NCBI GenBank assembly: GCA_964016885.1
Contig: OZ024757.1
Location: 43,462,001-43,526,000 of the forward strand
Origin: Eledone cirrhosa
Taxonomy: Eukaryota
Reading direction: 5' to 3'
DNA: 64,000 nt
The notes under the pieces: model-generated
The model's input: only the letters and a program-made list of their open reading frames with translations
Told to the model about the DNA's origin: nothing
Database searches by the model: none
Made by a program: the position numbers and the translations under genes
Part shown: piece by piece, positions 24,309 through 45,940 of the stretch
How positions within the stretch are numbered: position 1 is the stretch's first letter
How the letters are laid out: each line of letters opens with the position of its first letter

Positions 24309-24582
24309 TAGATAGATAGATAGATAGATAGGTAGGTAGGTAGGTAGGTAGGTAGATAGATAGATAGACAGATAGATAGATAGACAGATAAATAGACAAT
24401 GAGAGATGGAGATCAAGCGAGAAATAAAGAGAGAGATAGAGAGACAGATAGACAGACAAGCAGACAGAGAGACATAAAGACAGACTGACCGACAGTTAGC
24501 TAGAGAGATAGACAGATATATAGACAGATAGACAGCAGACAGGTAGATAGACAGATATATAGACATCATATAGATGACTCAC

Positions 24583-24677
24583 CCATTTTCTGGTTTGATG
24601 CTTTTGCCATCATTTTCAGAGCTAACCGGGCAGACACACATAATCAGGACCAGGCCTAGCTGTAGTATGGCCACCAT
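24583..24677 (-). CDS. CD109-like TEP gene, first coding exon (signal peptide MVAILQLGLVLIMCVCPVSS-ENDGKSIKPEN)
   Basis: Acceptor ttttttctag|ACCAAGATGG with good Kozak context, hydrophobic signal peptide, donor GG|gtgagt, phase 2 matching exon 2. Confidence 0.85.
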
Positions 24678-24776
24678 CTTGGTCTAGAAAAAAACAAGAG
24701 AAACAAGGAAAATTTAAAAACACACTGAAAACAAAACATTTCCTTCTATTTCACTCACTTTTCTGAAACATTCAGT

Positions 24777-24904
24777 CCCACACTATAAATGTGGTTGGTG
24801 TTAGGAGAAAGTTCTGGGTCCTTCCCACACTATAAATGTGGTTGGTGTTAGGAGAAAGTTCTGGGTCCTTCCCACACTATAAATGTGGTTGGTGTTAGGA
24901 GAAC
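24777..24904. repeat. 47-bp tandem repeat (~2.7 copies) derived from an RTE 3' UTR motif
   Basis: CCCACACTATAAATGTGGTTGGTGTTAGGA matches 30947-30976. Confidence 0.8.
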
Positions 24905-25384
24905 ATTATAGATATGTGTCTCATTCATGAATACTGGTATTTACATTATAGTGCCTAATTCATAAAAATTGATAATTCAAATGGATGAGACATAATATAT
25001 TTTTAATATATTTTAAATATATCATCTTTCTTTCTTTTTCTCCTTTACACTAGTTTAACTGTATCCCTTCCCTTAACCTCTCACATATACGATGATCATC
25101 TGTCCAAAGGCAGCCTACTATATATATTTTTTCACCTCCTCAATGTATTTCTCTCTATCATATCTCCTTGTCTCTCTATCTCGCTCCGTTGTTTTTCTTT
25201 ACATACATCTCTTCATCTTCTTCTTTTTTTATTTACATACATCTCTTCATCTTCTTCTTCTCATCTTCGTTTTCTTTCTATATAACTGTCATAACAGTTT
25301 CACTACCAAATCAACTTTTAAAATGGAAGTTGCATTATTACAAGGTATGTCACCAATTATTTATAAAACAGCTTATGTATTGTA

Positions 25385-25446
25385 TTTTGTCTGAGGAAGG
25401 CATAACATATTTTTAATATGATATCCCAGAAATATATATAACGAAA
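25385..25446 (+). ncRNA. Minimal hammerhead ribozyme
   Basis: TTTTGT-CTGAGGA-long stem II (CATATT/AATATG)-GAAA-TATATATA-ACGAAA; second copy at 62464-62525. Confidence 0.65.
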
Positions 25447-25489
25447 TAAATATGGTTTTATAAATATAGTTTCCATTTGTTTAATATCG

Positions 25490-27209
<1,720 letters not shown>

Positions 27210-27493
27210 CAATATATACATATATATATACATATATATATATACATATATATATACATATATATACATATATATATATACATATATATATATACATATA
27301 TATATACATATATATATATATACATACATATATATATACATATATATATACATATATATATATACATACATATATATATACATACATATATATATACATA
27401 CATATATATATACATATATATATACATATATATATATATATTGTTATACTTTGGGAGGGTCATGTTGCCAATAATTCAGAAACGAAATATATA

Positions 27494-28563
27494 TCATCAT
27501 CATCATCATCATCATCAACGTTTAACGTCCGTGTTCCACGCTTGCATGGGTTTGGACGGGGGTAGTCCCACTTGAGGCAAGAGTGATTGTCTTGCTCGCA
27601 TAGGACTGTCTGGCAGGTTTTCTACAGTTGGATGCCCTTCCTAACACCAACCACATTTACAGTGTGGGTCTGGGAGGTTTTTACCGTGTTGCCTACACGG
27701 CCACATTACAGCGTGGACTGTGTGTTTTTTTGTCGTGACACCTACACGATCTCATTTGTTTCGGCCTCGATGGCGCGGCACCAACATAACTTTACATAGA
27801 ACGGGGTGGTGTGGATGGGGTGGGGGTGGGGGTGGTGGGACGGGGTGTATTTTGTTAGAGATGCCTACTGGCTGGAGTAGGTTTTACTATATATTTAGGT
27901 AAGGCGGGTCTTCTCTGTTACTGAGTACCGCCAAAGGTCTCGGTCCAGTGACATTGTCTTGGAGAGGTGTAAGTGTGTGATGTCGGAGTTTATCAGCTCG
28001 TCCCAGGTTTTTCTAGGTCTGCCTATTCCGTGACTACCGTCTATCTTTATTGCCCTGCACTTTGTTATACAGCTATCGACTTTCATGCGCATCACGTGTC
28101 CATACCAACGTAGCCTTCTCTCGAGTAAACAACATCTGATCCCTCTTATCTCTAATTTTTTCCTTAGTTCGTTTATGCTTTGCCGTTCACGTATATTACT
28201 GTTACACATCCAGCGGAGCATGCAAGCTTCGTTCCTCTCTAGTCTGCGTATATCCTCTGCACACAATGCCCAGGTCTCACTGCCATGCAGCATTGCTGTT
28301 CGTATGCAGGCATCGTACAACCTGCCTTTCATTTTTAGTGAGAACCCTTTAGCAGCTAATAGTGGTATAAGCTCTCTGAACTTTTTCCAACCAGTTCTGA
28401 CTCTAGCTACAGTACTTTCAGAGCACCCTCCCCCACTGCTGATTTTATCGCCCAGGTAACGGAAGCTGTCCACTATTTCTATAGAACCCTCTGCGCAATT
28501 GAAAGAGCTAGTAGTTTGTGGGCACTTGCTGCTACTTATTGCACCAGAGCACCGGCCACATGT
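27494..28563 (-). mobile_element. RTE-type LINE family A, 3' fragment, inverted relative to 28850-31230
   Basis: Protein nearly identical to the C-terminus of ORF 28858-30723; (CAT)n tail at 27494. Confidence 0.93.
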
Positions 28564-28641
28564 ATATATATATATATATATATAAATATATATATAAATA
28601 TATATACATATATAGATATATATAAATATATATATAAATAT

Positions 28642-28756
<115 letters not shown>

Positions 28757-28849
28757 AATATATATATACATATATATATACAAATATATATATACATATA
28801 TATATACATATATATATATATATAAATATATACATATATATATACATAA

Positions 28850-31231
28850 AACGTGAGGTGTTCAGGATTGCCAGGCAATGTGTCAAGGAAAACCGTGATA
28901 TTGTCGGGGAGAAGTGTGTACTTAACGATGATGGCATACTTGCCATCACCGACGCTGATAAGAAGGTAGCTTGGAAGTGTCACTACGAAAGGCTTCTAAA
29001 TGAGGAGAACAAATGGGAGAAAGACAGTCTCCCCCAGATCGATCCAATAGAGGGACCAGCAGTGTTAGTTGAAGGTAGTATAATAAGTAAGGCAATCAAA
29101 GATATGAAGACGGGTAAGGCGGCTGGGCCTTCGGAAATAGTTGCTGAGATGCTGAAGGCATCTGGTTCGGTGGGACACACCATGGTCACCCGGATAGTTA
29201 ACCAAGTCGTACAGAATGGGGTTGTTCCGAAGGAATGGCGTAGCAGCATCATCGTTAACTGCTATAAGGGAAAAGGAGATGCCCTAGATAGGAGTAACTA
29301 TAGAGGCATTAAATTAATCGACCAGGTCATGAAGGTCACGGAAAAAGTAATAGCGCAACTAATCAGAGAGAGAATTGATCTAGATGAAATGCAGTTCGGG
29401 TTTGTGTCAGGTAAAAGTACCACAGACGCTCTTTTCATTGTACGACAACTACAGGAGAAGTACCTAGCTAAAAGTAAACCCCTATACTTAGCTTTCGTCG
29501 ACTTGGAGAAAGCCTTCGACAGAGTCCCCCGTTCCATTATCTGGTGGTCTCTTAGAAAACTAGGTGTTGACGAATGGCTTGTGAGAGCTATACAAGCCAT
29601 GTATAAAGAAACAGTCAGTAAGGTTAGAATTAACAACGAATATAGTGAAGAGTTTAGCGTAAAAGTTGGTGTCCATCAGGGCTCTGTTCTTAGCCCCCTA
29701 CTATTTATTATTGCCCTTCAGGCTATAACAGAGGAGTTCAAGACCGGCTTCCCATGGGAACTCCTATACGCAGATGATCTAACGCTCATAGCTGAATCAA
29801 TGACCGAACTAGAGAAGAAATTCCAAACATGGAAGCACGGCCTAGAATCAGAAGGCCTTAAAATTAACCTGGCTAAGACTAAAGTTCTAGTTTGTAGGAA
29901 AGAAAATAAGGCGGCGGTCCCATCTGGGAAATGGCCATGCTCAGTGTGTAGGAAAGGCGTAGGTAGAAACTCCATTTTATGTCCCAAATGCAAAGTATGG
30001 GTGCATAAAAGATGTAGTGGGATCACAGGTAAGCTAACTAAGAACATAGATTTTACATGTGGCCGGTGCTCTGGTGCAATAAGTAGCAGCAAGTGCCCAC
30101 AAAATACTAGCTCCTTCAACTGCGCAGAGGGTTCTATAGAAATAGTGGACAGCTTTCGTTATCTGGGTGACAAAATCAGCAGTGGGGGAGGGTGCTCTGA
30201 AAGTACAGTAGCTAGAGTCAGAACTGGATGGAAAAAGTTCAGAGAGCTTATACCACTATTAGCCGCTAGAGGGTTCTCCCTAAAAATGAAAGGCAGGTTA
30301 TACGATGCCTGCATACGAACAGCAATGCTGCATGGCAGTGAGACCTGGGCATTGTGTGCAGAGGATATACGCAGACTAGAGAGGAACGAAGCTTGCATGC
30401 TCCGCTGGATGTGCAATAGTAATATACGTGAACGGCAAAGCATAAACGAACTAAGGAAAAAATTAGAAATAAGAGGGATCAGATGTTGTTTACTCGAGAG
30501 AAGGCTACGTTGGTACGGTCACGTGATGCGCATGAAAGACGACAGCTGTATAACAAAGTGCAGGGCAATAAAGATAGACGGTAGCCACGGAGTAGGCAGA
30601 CCCAGAAAAACATGGGACGAGCTGATAAATTCCGACCTCACACGCTTACACCTCTCCAAGACAATGTCACTGGACCGAGACCTTTGGCGGTACTCAGTAA
30701 TAGAGAAGACCCGCCTTACCTAAATACAAAGTAAAAACCTACTACAGTCAGTAGGCATCTCTATCAAAACACACCCCCGTTCCACCACCTCCACCCTACC
30801 CACACCGCCCCTTTCAATGTAAAGTTATGTTGGTCCCACAACATCCAGGCCGAAACAAATGAGATCGTGTAGGTGTCACGACAAAAAAACACACAGTCCA
30901 CGCTGTAAATGTGGCCGTGTAGGCAACACGGTAAAAACCTCCCAGTCCCACACTGTAAATGTGGTTGGTGTTAGGAAGGGCATCCAGCTGTAGAAAACCC
31001 GCCAGACAGTCCACGCTGTAATGTGGCCGTGTAGGCAACACGGTAAAAACCTCCCAGCCCCACACTGTAAATGTGGTTGGTGTTAGGAAGGGCATCCAAC
31101 TGTAGAAAACCCGCCAGACAGTCCTATGCGAGCAAGACAACCACTCTTGCCTCAAGTAGGAAAACCCCCGTCCAAACCCATGCAAGCGTGGAACACGGAC
31201 GCTAAACCTGATGATGATGATGATGATGATG
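28850..31231 (+). mobile_element. RTE-type LINE family A, 5'-truncated, with uninterrupted RT-PHD-C-terminal ORF (28858-30723) and (ATG)n tail
   Basis: [35 protein letters not shown]4HC3 finger, [16 protein letters not shown]; flanked by (TA)n. Confidence 0.95.
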
Positions 31232-33360
<2,129 letters not shown>

Positions 33361-36300
33361 GGCTTGGCACTTGTTAGTATAAGACGTGAATTGTCGTCTC
33401 TCCGGATTTGAAATTTTAATATTTTAAATCGACAGTAATCGGATTTATGTATGGTTTTAATTCTTCAGAGGACAAGGAAAATATACAAAAAAGATAAGTT
33501 TTTGTGCTTTGACGCAATTATTTTGAAGTATATTTTACATATATTACCGTTTTGAACATGTTTATTTTCACTGTATGATTCATTGATAGGAGACAACACA
33601 CACACGTGCTTTCTATTTTAGTTTGTCTACCGTACAGAGCATTTTGGTTTAACTTAAGCCATTTTGTATTAATTTTGATTTTTCTGAGTAACATAATTTA
33701 ATTTGATATAATCTTGTTTGATTTTGTATAATCTTATCTGTATTTGACCCGATTTCGTTGTTTCTTGTATGATATGCTGATATTGCAATAACTTCGTATA
33801 TTTGTAAACAGACATTTACATCGTGTTTCTATATCTCTATGTTTCCGGTTTCTTCCATTCATTAATTTAAATTTAAATTTAAAAATTTATTTTTATATTT
33901 ATGAACTGCAGTTGCTCACGCTGTCTCTATCTCTCTCCTTCCTCTCTCTCTCTCTCGATCAACGAGCTCTCTTTCTCCCTCTCTCTAGATCAACGAGCTC
34001 TCTCTCTCTCTCTCTCTCTATCTATCTCCTCTCTCTCCCTCTGACCCCCCCCCCACTCTTCCCGCTATCTCTCTCGCTCCCCTCTTCTGTCTCCCCCTTT
34101 TCTTTTCTTTTCTTCTGTTTCTCTTTCTTTTTCTCTCGCTGGAGTTATATCTCTATCTCCCTCCCTCACTCTGTCCCTCTCTAACCTCTACCCTACACCT
34201 CCCACTGTCTCCCCTCCACAGCGAAATGGACTGCATGCAGGAAAAATGTGAAATCAGGAGTCAGCGAAACTGGTCGAAGATTGAACTAGCGGTTTTGATC
34301 AAGGGGTGGACTATGGCTGATGGGTCTCCACCAAGCAAAAAGATGGCGGAGAACCTGAAGAGCCATGGGTTTCTGAGGACCCTGGTACAGATAGAGAGAA
34401 AGAGAAAAGAAATTGAGAAGGCGTATGTCCTCATAGCGCCTCATATGGCGATGCTAAGCCGTGTCCTCAGGGAGGAGAAAACCGAAGGGAGGGATGAGGA
34501 GAAGGAGAGGGAAAGGGAAGAGGAAAAAGAAAAGGAGGAGAGCACAAGCACGGACCTGAAAGAAAATGATATACCCTCCGCTACAGGCAAGGAGGGCAGG
34601 CCGGGCAACCAACAAGCTAAGGGCAAAGGTGAAAAGCGAAATCACCTTCCGAAGGAGAACCAAGCGCAGAGGGACCAGTGGACAACTGTTCAAAGAAAGA
34701 ACAGAAAGCACCGAGACACTGGGAGCAAAAAACCCCAAGTAATGTGCAAGTTTTTCAAGAACGGGGCATGCTGGCATGGAGAGACAGGGATGGGATGCAG
34801 ATTCGCCCACCCTAGGTCTCAAACGAACTATGCCCATCATACTCGCGCAACATGCCCCAGCCTAAGCCGAAATAAGCCGCTCCAGAAGTATGCTGATGTC
34901 GCGCGTGCTGCACCAACAAGGAGAAGGCACGCACATGCCGACGAGATACAGATGGCAGCAGCAGATCAGAAAAATTTTTTAGTGATGGCAGAGAAGATTG
35001 TGGGACAGCTGACCTGGCTGCATCGTCTCCAGAGCCAGGGTCACCCACACCATTACTCGAGACCACCGCAGTTAAGGGACCCAGAGTGGCCGCCGCTGAC
35101 ACCAGACCAGGTGTCATACCGACAGCCATTACTGGCACCCCAAAAGTCACACCAGTGCTGCTGCTGAATGTCAGGGGCCTGGTGAAACTCAGCAACATGA
35201 GTAAAATTTCCTACCTGGGAGACTTAGCCATAAGCAATCAAGCACTATGCATGGCACTAACCGAAACGCACCTGACAAGCAGTATAGCAGATGCAGAAAT
35301 ACATATACCGAAATATACTGTATTTCGTTCGGACAGGAAGGAGAGAACTCATGGTGGGGTTGCTCTGTATATCCGTGAAGATGTCACACCAATTGTACTG
35401 TTGACACATTCAAACTCAGTCTGTGACACACTGATAATACATATGAAGCAACTACAGACGGTAATATGTGTCACATATCGGCCGCCCGATGCCCCCAGTC
35501 ATGAGGGTAAATTTGAGGATAGCCTAAGTAGGATAGAAGAGGTCCTTGACAAACTGGACCAGGGTCTCAACATCCTACTGCTGGGAGACTTCAACCTACC
35601 AAAGGTCAAATGGCCTGAGGGCCACCTCCTCCCTGGAATGACGTCAATAGAACAGAGACAGACGGAATCCCTGCTGGCCCTCACACACAGGCTGTTCATG
35701 GAGCAAGCAATACTCCTCCCAACAAGAGGCGAAAATGTCCTGGACCTCTGTTTTACAAACAACGAAGTGCTCATCCACAATGTAAAGGTGACACCAACAA
35801 TTCTCTCAGATCATAACTTGGTAGAGCTAATGATATGTGGTCCAAGAGAACCAACAGAGACAAAACCACCAAGAAGCTCCGGGACGCTATCCAGCCTTAA
35901 CTTCTACGGGGCTGACTGGAAGAAGATTAAGAGTGAAATCCGGAAGCAAACATGGAGTGCAAACATCGCCACACAAGACACTAACACACAATTTCAACAC
36001 TTCATGACAACGATACACACCATATGCAAAAAGTGTGTCCCGGAGAAAGAGGCAAACAGACACAAAAATCTTATTCCCAGAGATAGGAAAATCCTTATGA
36101 GACGTAGAACTAAACTCTCAAACCAGTTGAATAGTCAACAAAACCAAAACAAGAAGGAATCCTATTTGAAACGTGCACTACTTGACACCGAGATTGCACT
36201 CAAGCTTTCACATGAGAATGAGAGGGCAAGGAAAGAGAACAGGGCCATAGAAAACATTAAAACAAACCCTAAGGCCTTCTTTAAATTTGCAAAAGAAACT

Positions 36301-37400
36301 GCCTCAGTACACTGCAAGATTGGACCACTCTTCCACACGGACGGTTCATTAACCGAAAATCCCCAAGAGATATGTGAAATACTGAACGAACAGTACAAAA
36401 GTGTCTTCACATGTCCACTGAGGCACATGCAAATAACGAAGCCAGAGGAGTTCTTTGATGCCACAACACTACATCAAGAAATGGCAACCATCAACCACAT
36501 AGACATAACGGAGGAGGATGTGGTGTACGCCATTGATGAAATTAGAACAGACTCGGCTGCTGGACATGATGGATTCCCAGCAGTTCTCCTAAAAAAAAAT
36601 ATGTAAGCGGGCCTTAGCAACTCCACTGAAGATGCTCTTCAGAAGCTCCTTGGCTAGCGGTGTACTACCCAGGGAGCTGAAAGAAGGCACAATATGCCCT
36701 ATCCATAAAGGAGGTAGTAGAGCGGAGGCCAAGAACTATAGGCCAGTCTCCCTGACGTCGCATATCAGTAAGGTCATGGAGCGAGTCGTCAGAAAGAAAC
36801 TAATCACTTTCCTCGAAGAAAATGACCGCCTGACTAGCACGCAACATGGCTTCCGCCAGGAAGAAGCTGCCTTACACAACTGCTACATCACTACGACTGG
36901 GTACTGAGACAACTACTAGACAGCTCACATGTAGACGTGATATATCTTGACTTTGCGAAGGCCTTTGACAAGGTCGACCACGGAATGATATGTCACAAAC
37001 TACACGGACTCGGCATAACTGGAAAAGTAGGTGAGTGGCTGCATGGCTTCCTAAGGGACAGAAGCCAGGCAGTCGCAGCAAATGGGGCCCTCTCGAGGGA
37101 AACACCGATAACAAGTGGGGTGCCTCAGGGGACAGTCCTGGGACCACTACTGTTTTTGGTGGCTCTCTCGGACATGCCCTCTGTGGTGCATGCAACAACA
37201 TCCCTCACTAGCTATGCTGATGACACTAAGGTAGCACAGGCAATCAAAACCCGGCTGACGCTGCCCTCTTACACCAGGATCTGGATGCCATATACAGATG
37301 GGCGGAAGAAAACAACATGCAGTTTAATGCTGGCAAATTCCAAGCCCTACAATACAAACCTGCAAACACAAACACAAATATAGCGGAACACAGCTACACA

Positions 37401-37402
<2 letters not shown>
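33361..37402 (+). mobile_element. CR1/L2-group LINE (ORF1; ORF2 APE-RT frameshifted; 3'-truncated at (TA)n); 5' boundary uncertain
   Basis: APE: LNVRGL, LTETHL, DRxxRxxGGVALY, LGDFN, LDL, SDH; RT: NYRPVSLT, YLDFAKAFDKVDH, SGVPQGTVLGPLLF, YADDTK. Confidence 0.9.
34226..35167 (+). CDS. ORF1 of a CR1-like LINE (Myb/SANT-like N-terminus, CCCH zinc finger)
   Basis: 313-aa ATG-initiated ORF directly upstream of an APE-RT ORF; WSKIELAVLIKGW...RTLVQIERKRKEI; CKFFKNGACWHG-x5-CRFAH. Confidence 0.75.
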   Translation: MDCMQEKCEIRSQRNWSKIELAVLIKGWTMADGSPPSKKMAENLKSHGFLRTLVQIERKRKEIEKAYVLIAPHMAMLSRVLREEKTEGRDEEKEREREEEKEKEESTSTDLKENDIPSATGKEGRPGNQQAKGKGEKRNHLPKENQAQRDQWTTVQRKNRKHRDTGSKKPQVMCKFFKNGACWHGETGMGCRFAHPRSQTNYAHHTRATCPSLSRNKPLQKYADVARAAPTRRRHAHADEIQMAAADQKNFLVMAEKIVGQLTWLHRLQSQGHPHHYSRPPQLRDPEWPPLTPDQVSYRQPLLAPQKSHQCCC

Positions 37403-38317
<915 letters not shown>

Positions 38318-40842
38318 TAAAGATATTTTACTCAACGCCTACGACAGTAAAGAAGAACAGATAGAGATATTTAACGTAGAAGAGAACTGGGAGTTCCTAA
38401 AAAATAACTTACTAGAGGCGACGGATGAGGTTTGTGGCTGGAGTAAGACCTCAAGCAGGAGGAGAGTGACTTGGTGGTGGAACAATAAGGTAGATGAAGC
38501 AGTCAAGGCCAAGAGACAGGCATGGAAAGAATGGAAGAACGGGGGGAGCAGGGTACATTACATAGAGACCAAGAGGGAAGCTAGGCGACAAGTATACTTA
38601 GCTAGGAGGGAAGCAGAGGATAGAAAATTCAAGCATGTTTTACAACGTGAGGACCAGAAACAGGAGGTATTCAAGATTGCGAGGCAGTGTGTCAGAGATA
38701 GTTGTGATGTCATTGGAGAGAAGTGTATCCGGAATGATAAAGGTGAGCTTGCCCTCACAAGTGCTGAGAAGAAAGATGCATGGAAGAGTCATTATGATAG
38801 ATTACTAAATGAGGAGAATGCATGGGAAGAAGAGACCCTACCCCACGTAGACCCCTATAGAGGGACCAGCAGTTACAAGTCAGCGGCAGCGTAGTAAGTA
38901 AGGCAATCAGAGATATGAAGATAGGGAAGGCAACCGGTCCATCGGGTATAGCTGCCGAGATGCTGAAGGCATCTGGGTCTGTAGGTCACACTATAACCAC
39001 ACGTATCGTTAACCAGGTAATACTAGAGGGGGCCATACCAAAAGATTGGTGCAGTAGCATCATTGTCAACTGCTACAAAGGTAAAGGCGATGCACTAGAT
39101 AGAGGAAACTATAGAGGTATAAAGTTGATGGACCAGGTCATGAAAGTAACAGAAAGAGTTATAGCACAGCTGATTAGGGACCGGGTGAATATAGACGAGA
39201 TGCAATTTGGGTTTGTTCCAGGGAAAGGCACCACTGATGCGCTCTTCCTTGTGAGGCAATTACAGGAAAAGTACCTAGCTAAAAGTAAGCCACTCTACTT
39301 GGCATTTGTCGACCTTGAGAAAGCCTTTGACAGAGTTCCACGTGCAGTAATCTGGTGGGCTCTTAGAAAACTAGGAGTAGATGAATGGCTTGTGAAAGCG
39401 GTACAAGCCATGTATAGGGGAGCAGTCAGCAAAGTTAGGATTGGCAATGAGTATAGCGAGGAATTTAGCGTACAGGTTGGGGTCCACCAGGGCTCTGTTC
39501 TTAGCCCTCTCCTGTTCATCATAGTCCTGCAGGCAATAACGGAGGAGTTTAAGACCGGATGCCCATGGGAACTCCTGTATGCTGATGACCTCGCACTCAT
39601 AGCTGAATCTATGGTAGAACTAGAGAATAAATTCCAAACCTGGAAGCAGGGACTAGAGAGAAAGGGCCTCAAAGTCAACATGACAAAGACTAAGGTCCTT
39701 ATAAGTAGACGAGAAAACAGAACCCAGATCCCCTCAGGGAAATGGCCTTGCTCAGTATGTAGGAAAGGTGTAGGTAGGAACTCCATTCTTTGCCCCAAAT
39801 GCAAACAATGGGTACACAAGAGATGTAGCGGGATCTCAGGAAGCTTAATTAAGAATGTAGGATTCACATGCAGCAGCTGTGCTGAAACAGCAAGCAAACA
39901 GCCACAGGAAACAAGTACCACCAATCTCTGGGAGGGCCCTGTAGAAACAGTAGACAGCTTCTGCTACCTAGGTGACCGAATTAGCAACGGAGGTGGGTGC
40001 TCAGAAAGTACAATAACTAGGGTAAGAACGGGATGGAAGAAGTTTAGGGAACTACTACCACTGCTAGCTGCAAAAGGCTTCTCCCTCAGAATGAAAGGCA
40101 GACTGTATGATGCGTGTATCCGAACAGCGATGTTGCATGGTAGTGAGACCTGGGCGCTGAAGGTGGAAGACTTACGTAGATTAGAGAGAAACGAAGCCTG
40201 CATGCTCCGATGGATGTGTAACAGTAATATACGTGAACGACAAAGCATAAATGAATTGAGAGAGAGACTGAGCATAAGAGGAATCAAATGCTGCGTGCAG
40301 GAGAGGCGGTTACGCTGGTATGGACATGTGATGCGTATGAAGGATGACAGCTGCATAGAAAGGTGCAGAGCACTAGAAGTTGATGGAAACCGCGGAGTGG
40401 GGAGACCCAAGATGACTTGGGATGAGGTGATAAAAGCCGACCTTACCCAACTACACCTCTCAAAGTCAATGACACACGACCGTGACTTCTGGCGTCACGC
40501 AGTAATACAGGGTACCCGACCTCCCATGGGTACATGCTGAAGCATATAAACAATATGTGTCCCCCCCCCCACCGCAAGGTGGTCGTGGAGGTGCCACGGC
40601 AAAAAAGCACCCAGCCCACACTGTAAAGTGGACGTGTAGGCGCCACGAAAAAGCACCCAGCACTCACTGTAAATGAGGTTGGTGTTAGGAAGGGCATCCA
40701 GCTGTAGAAATCAAGCCAGATCAGTTCCTGTATGAGCAAGGCATGGTCAGCCGACCAGACACTGCCCACAACAGGACAACCCGTCTAACCCATGCTAGCG
40801 TGGAAGAACGGACGTAAAACGGTGATGATGATGATGATGATG
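38318..40842 (+). mobile_element. RTE-type LINE family B, 5'-truncated (ORFs 38466-38894 and 38915-40540) with PHD finger and (ATG)n tail
   Basis: RT motifs and C4HC3 finger as in family A but diverged; frameshift near 38860. Confidence 0.95.
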
Positions 40843-40862
40843 ATATATATATATACATATAT

Positions 40863-40901
<39 letters not shown>

Positions 40902-40956
40902 TAGATATATAGATATATATATATATATATATATATCTATATATATATATATATAT

Positions 40957-41125
<169 letters not shown>

Positions 41126-41126
41126 C

Positions 41127-41417
41127 ATCATCATCATCATCATCACCGTTTTACGTCCGTTCTTCCACGCTAGCATGGGTTAGACGGGTTGTCCTGTTGT
41201 GGGCAGTGTCTGGTCAGCTGACCATGCCTTGCTCATACAGGAACTGATCTGGCTTGATTTCTACAGCTAGATGCCCTTCCTAACACCAACCTCATTTACA
41301 GTGAGTGCTGGGTGCTTTTTCGTGGCGCCTACACGTCCACTTTACAGTGTGGGCTGGGTGCTTTTTTGCGGTGGGGGGTGTGGGGGCATATTGTTTATAT
41401 GCTTCAGCATGTACCCA

Positions 41418-41418
<1 letters not shown>
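41127..41418 (-). mobile_element. Inverted 3' UTR of RTE family B
   Basis: Reverse complement of ~40525-40840 with a small deletion. Confidence 0.9.
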
Positions 41419-45940
<4,522 letters not shown>

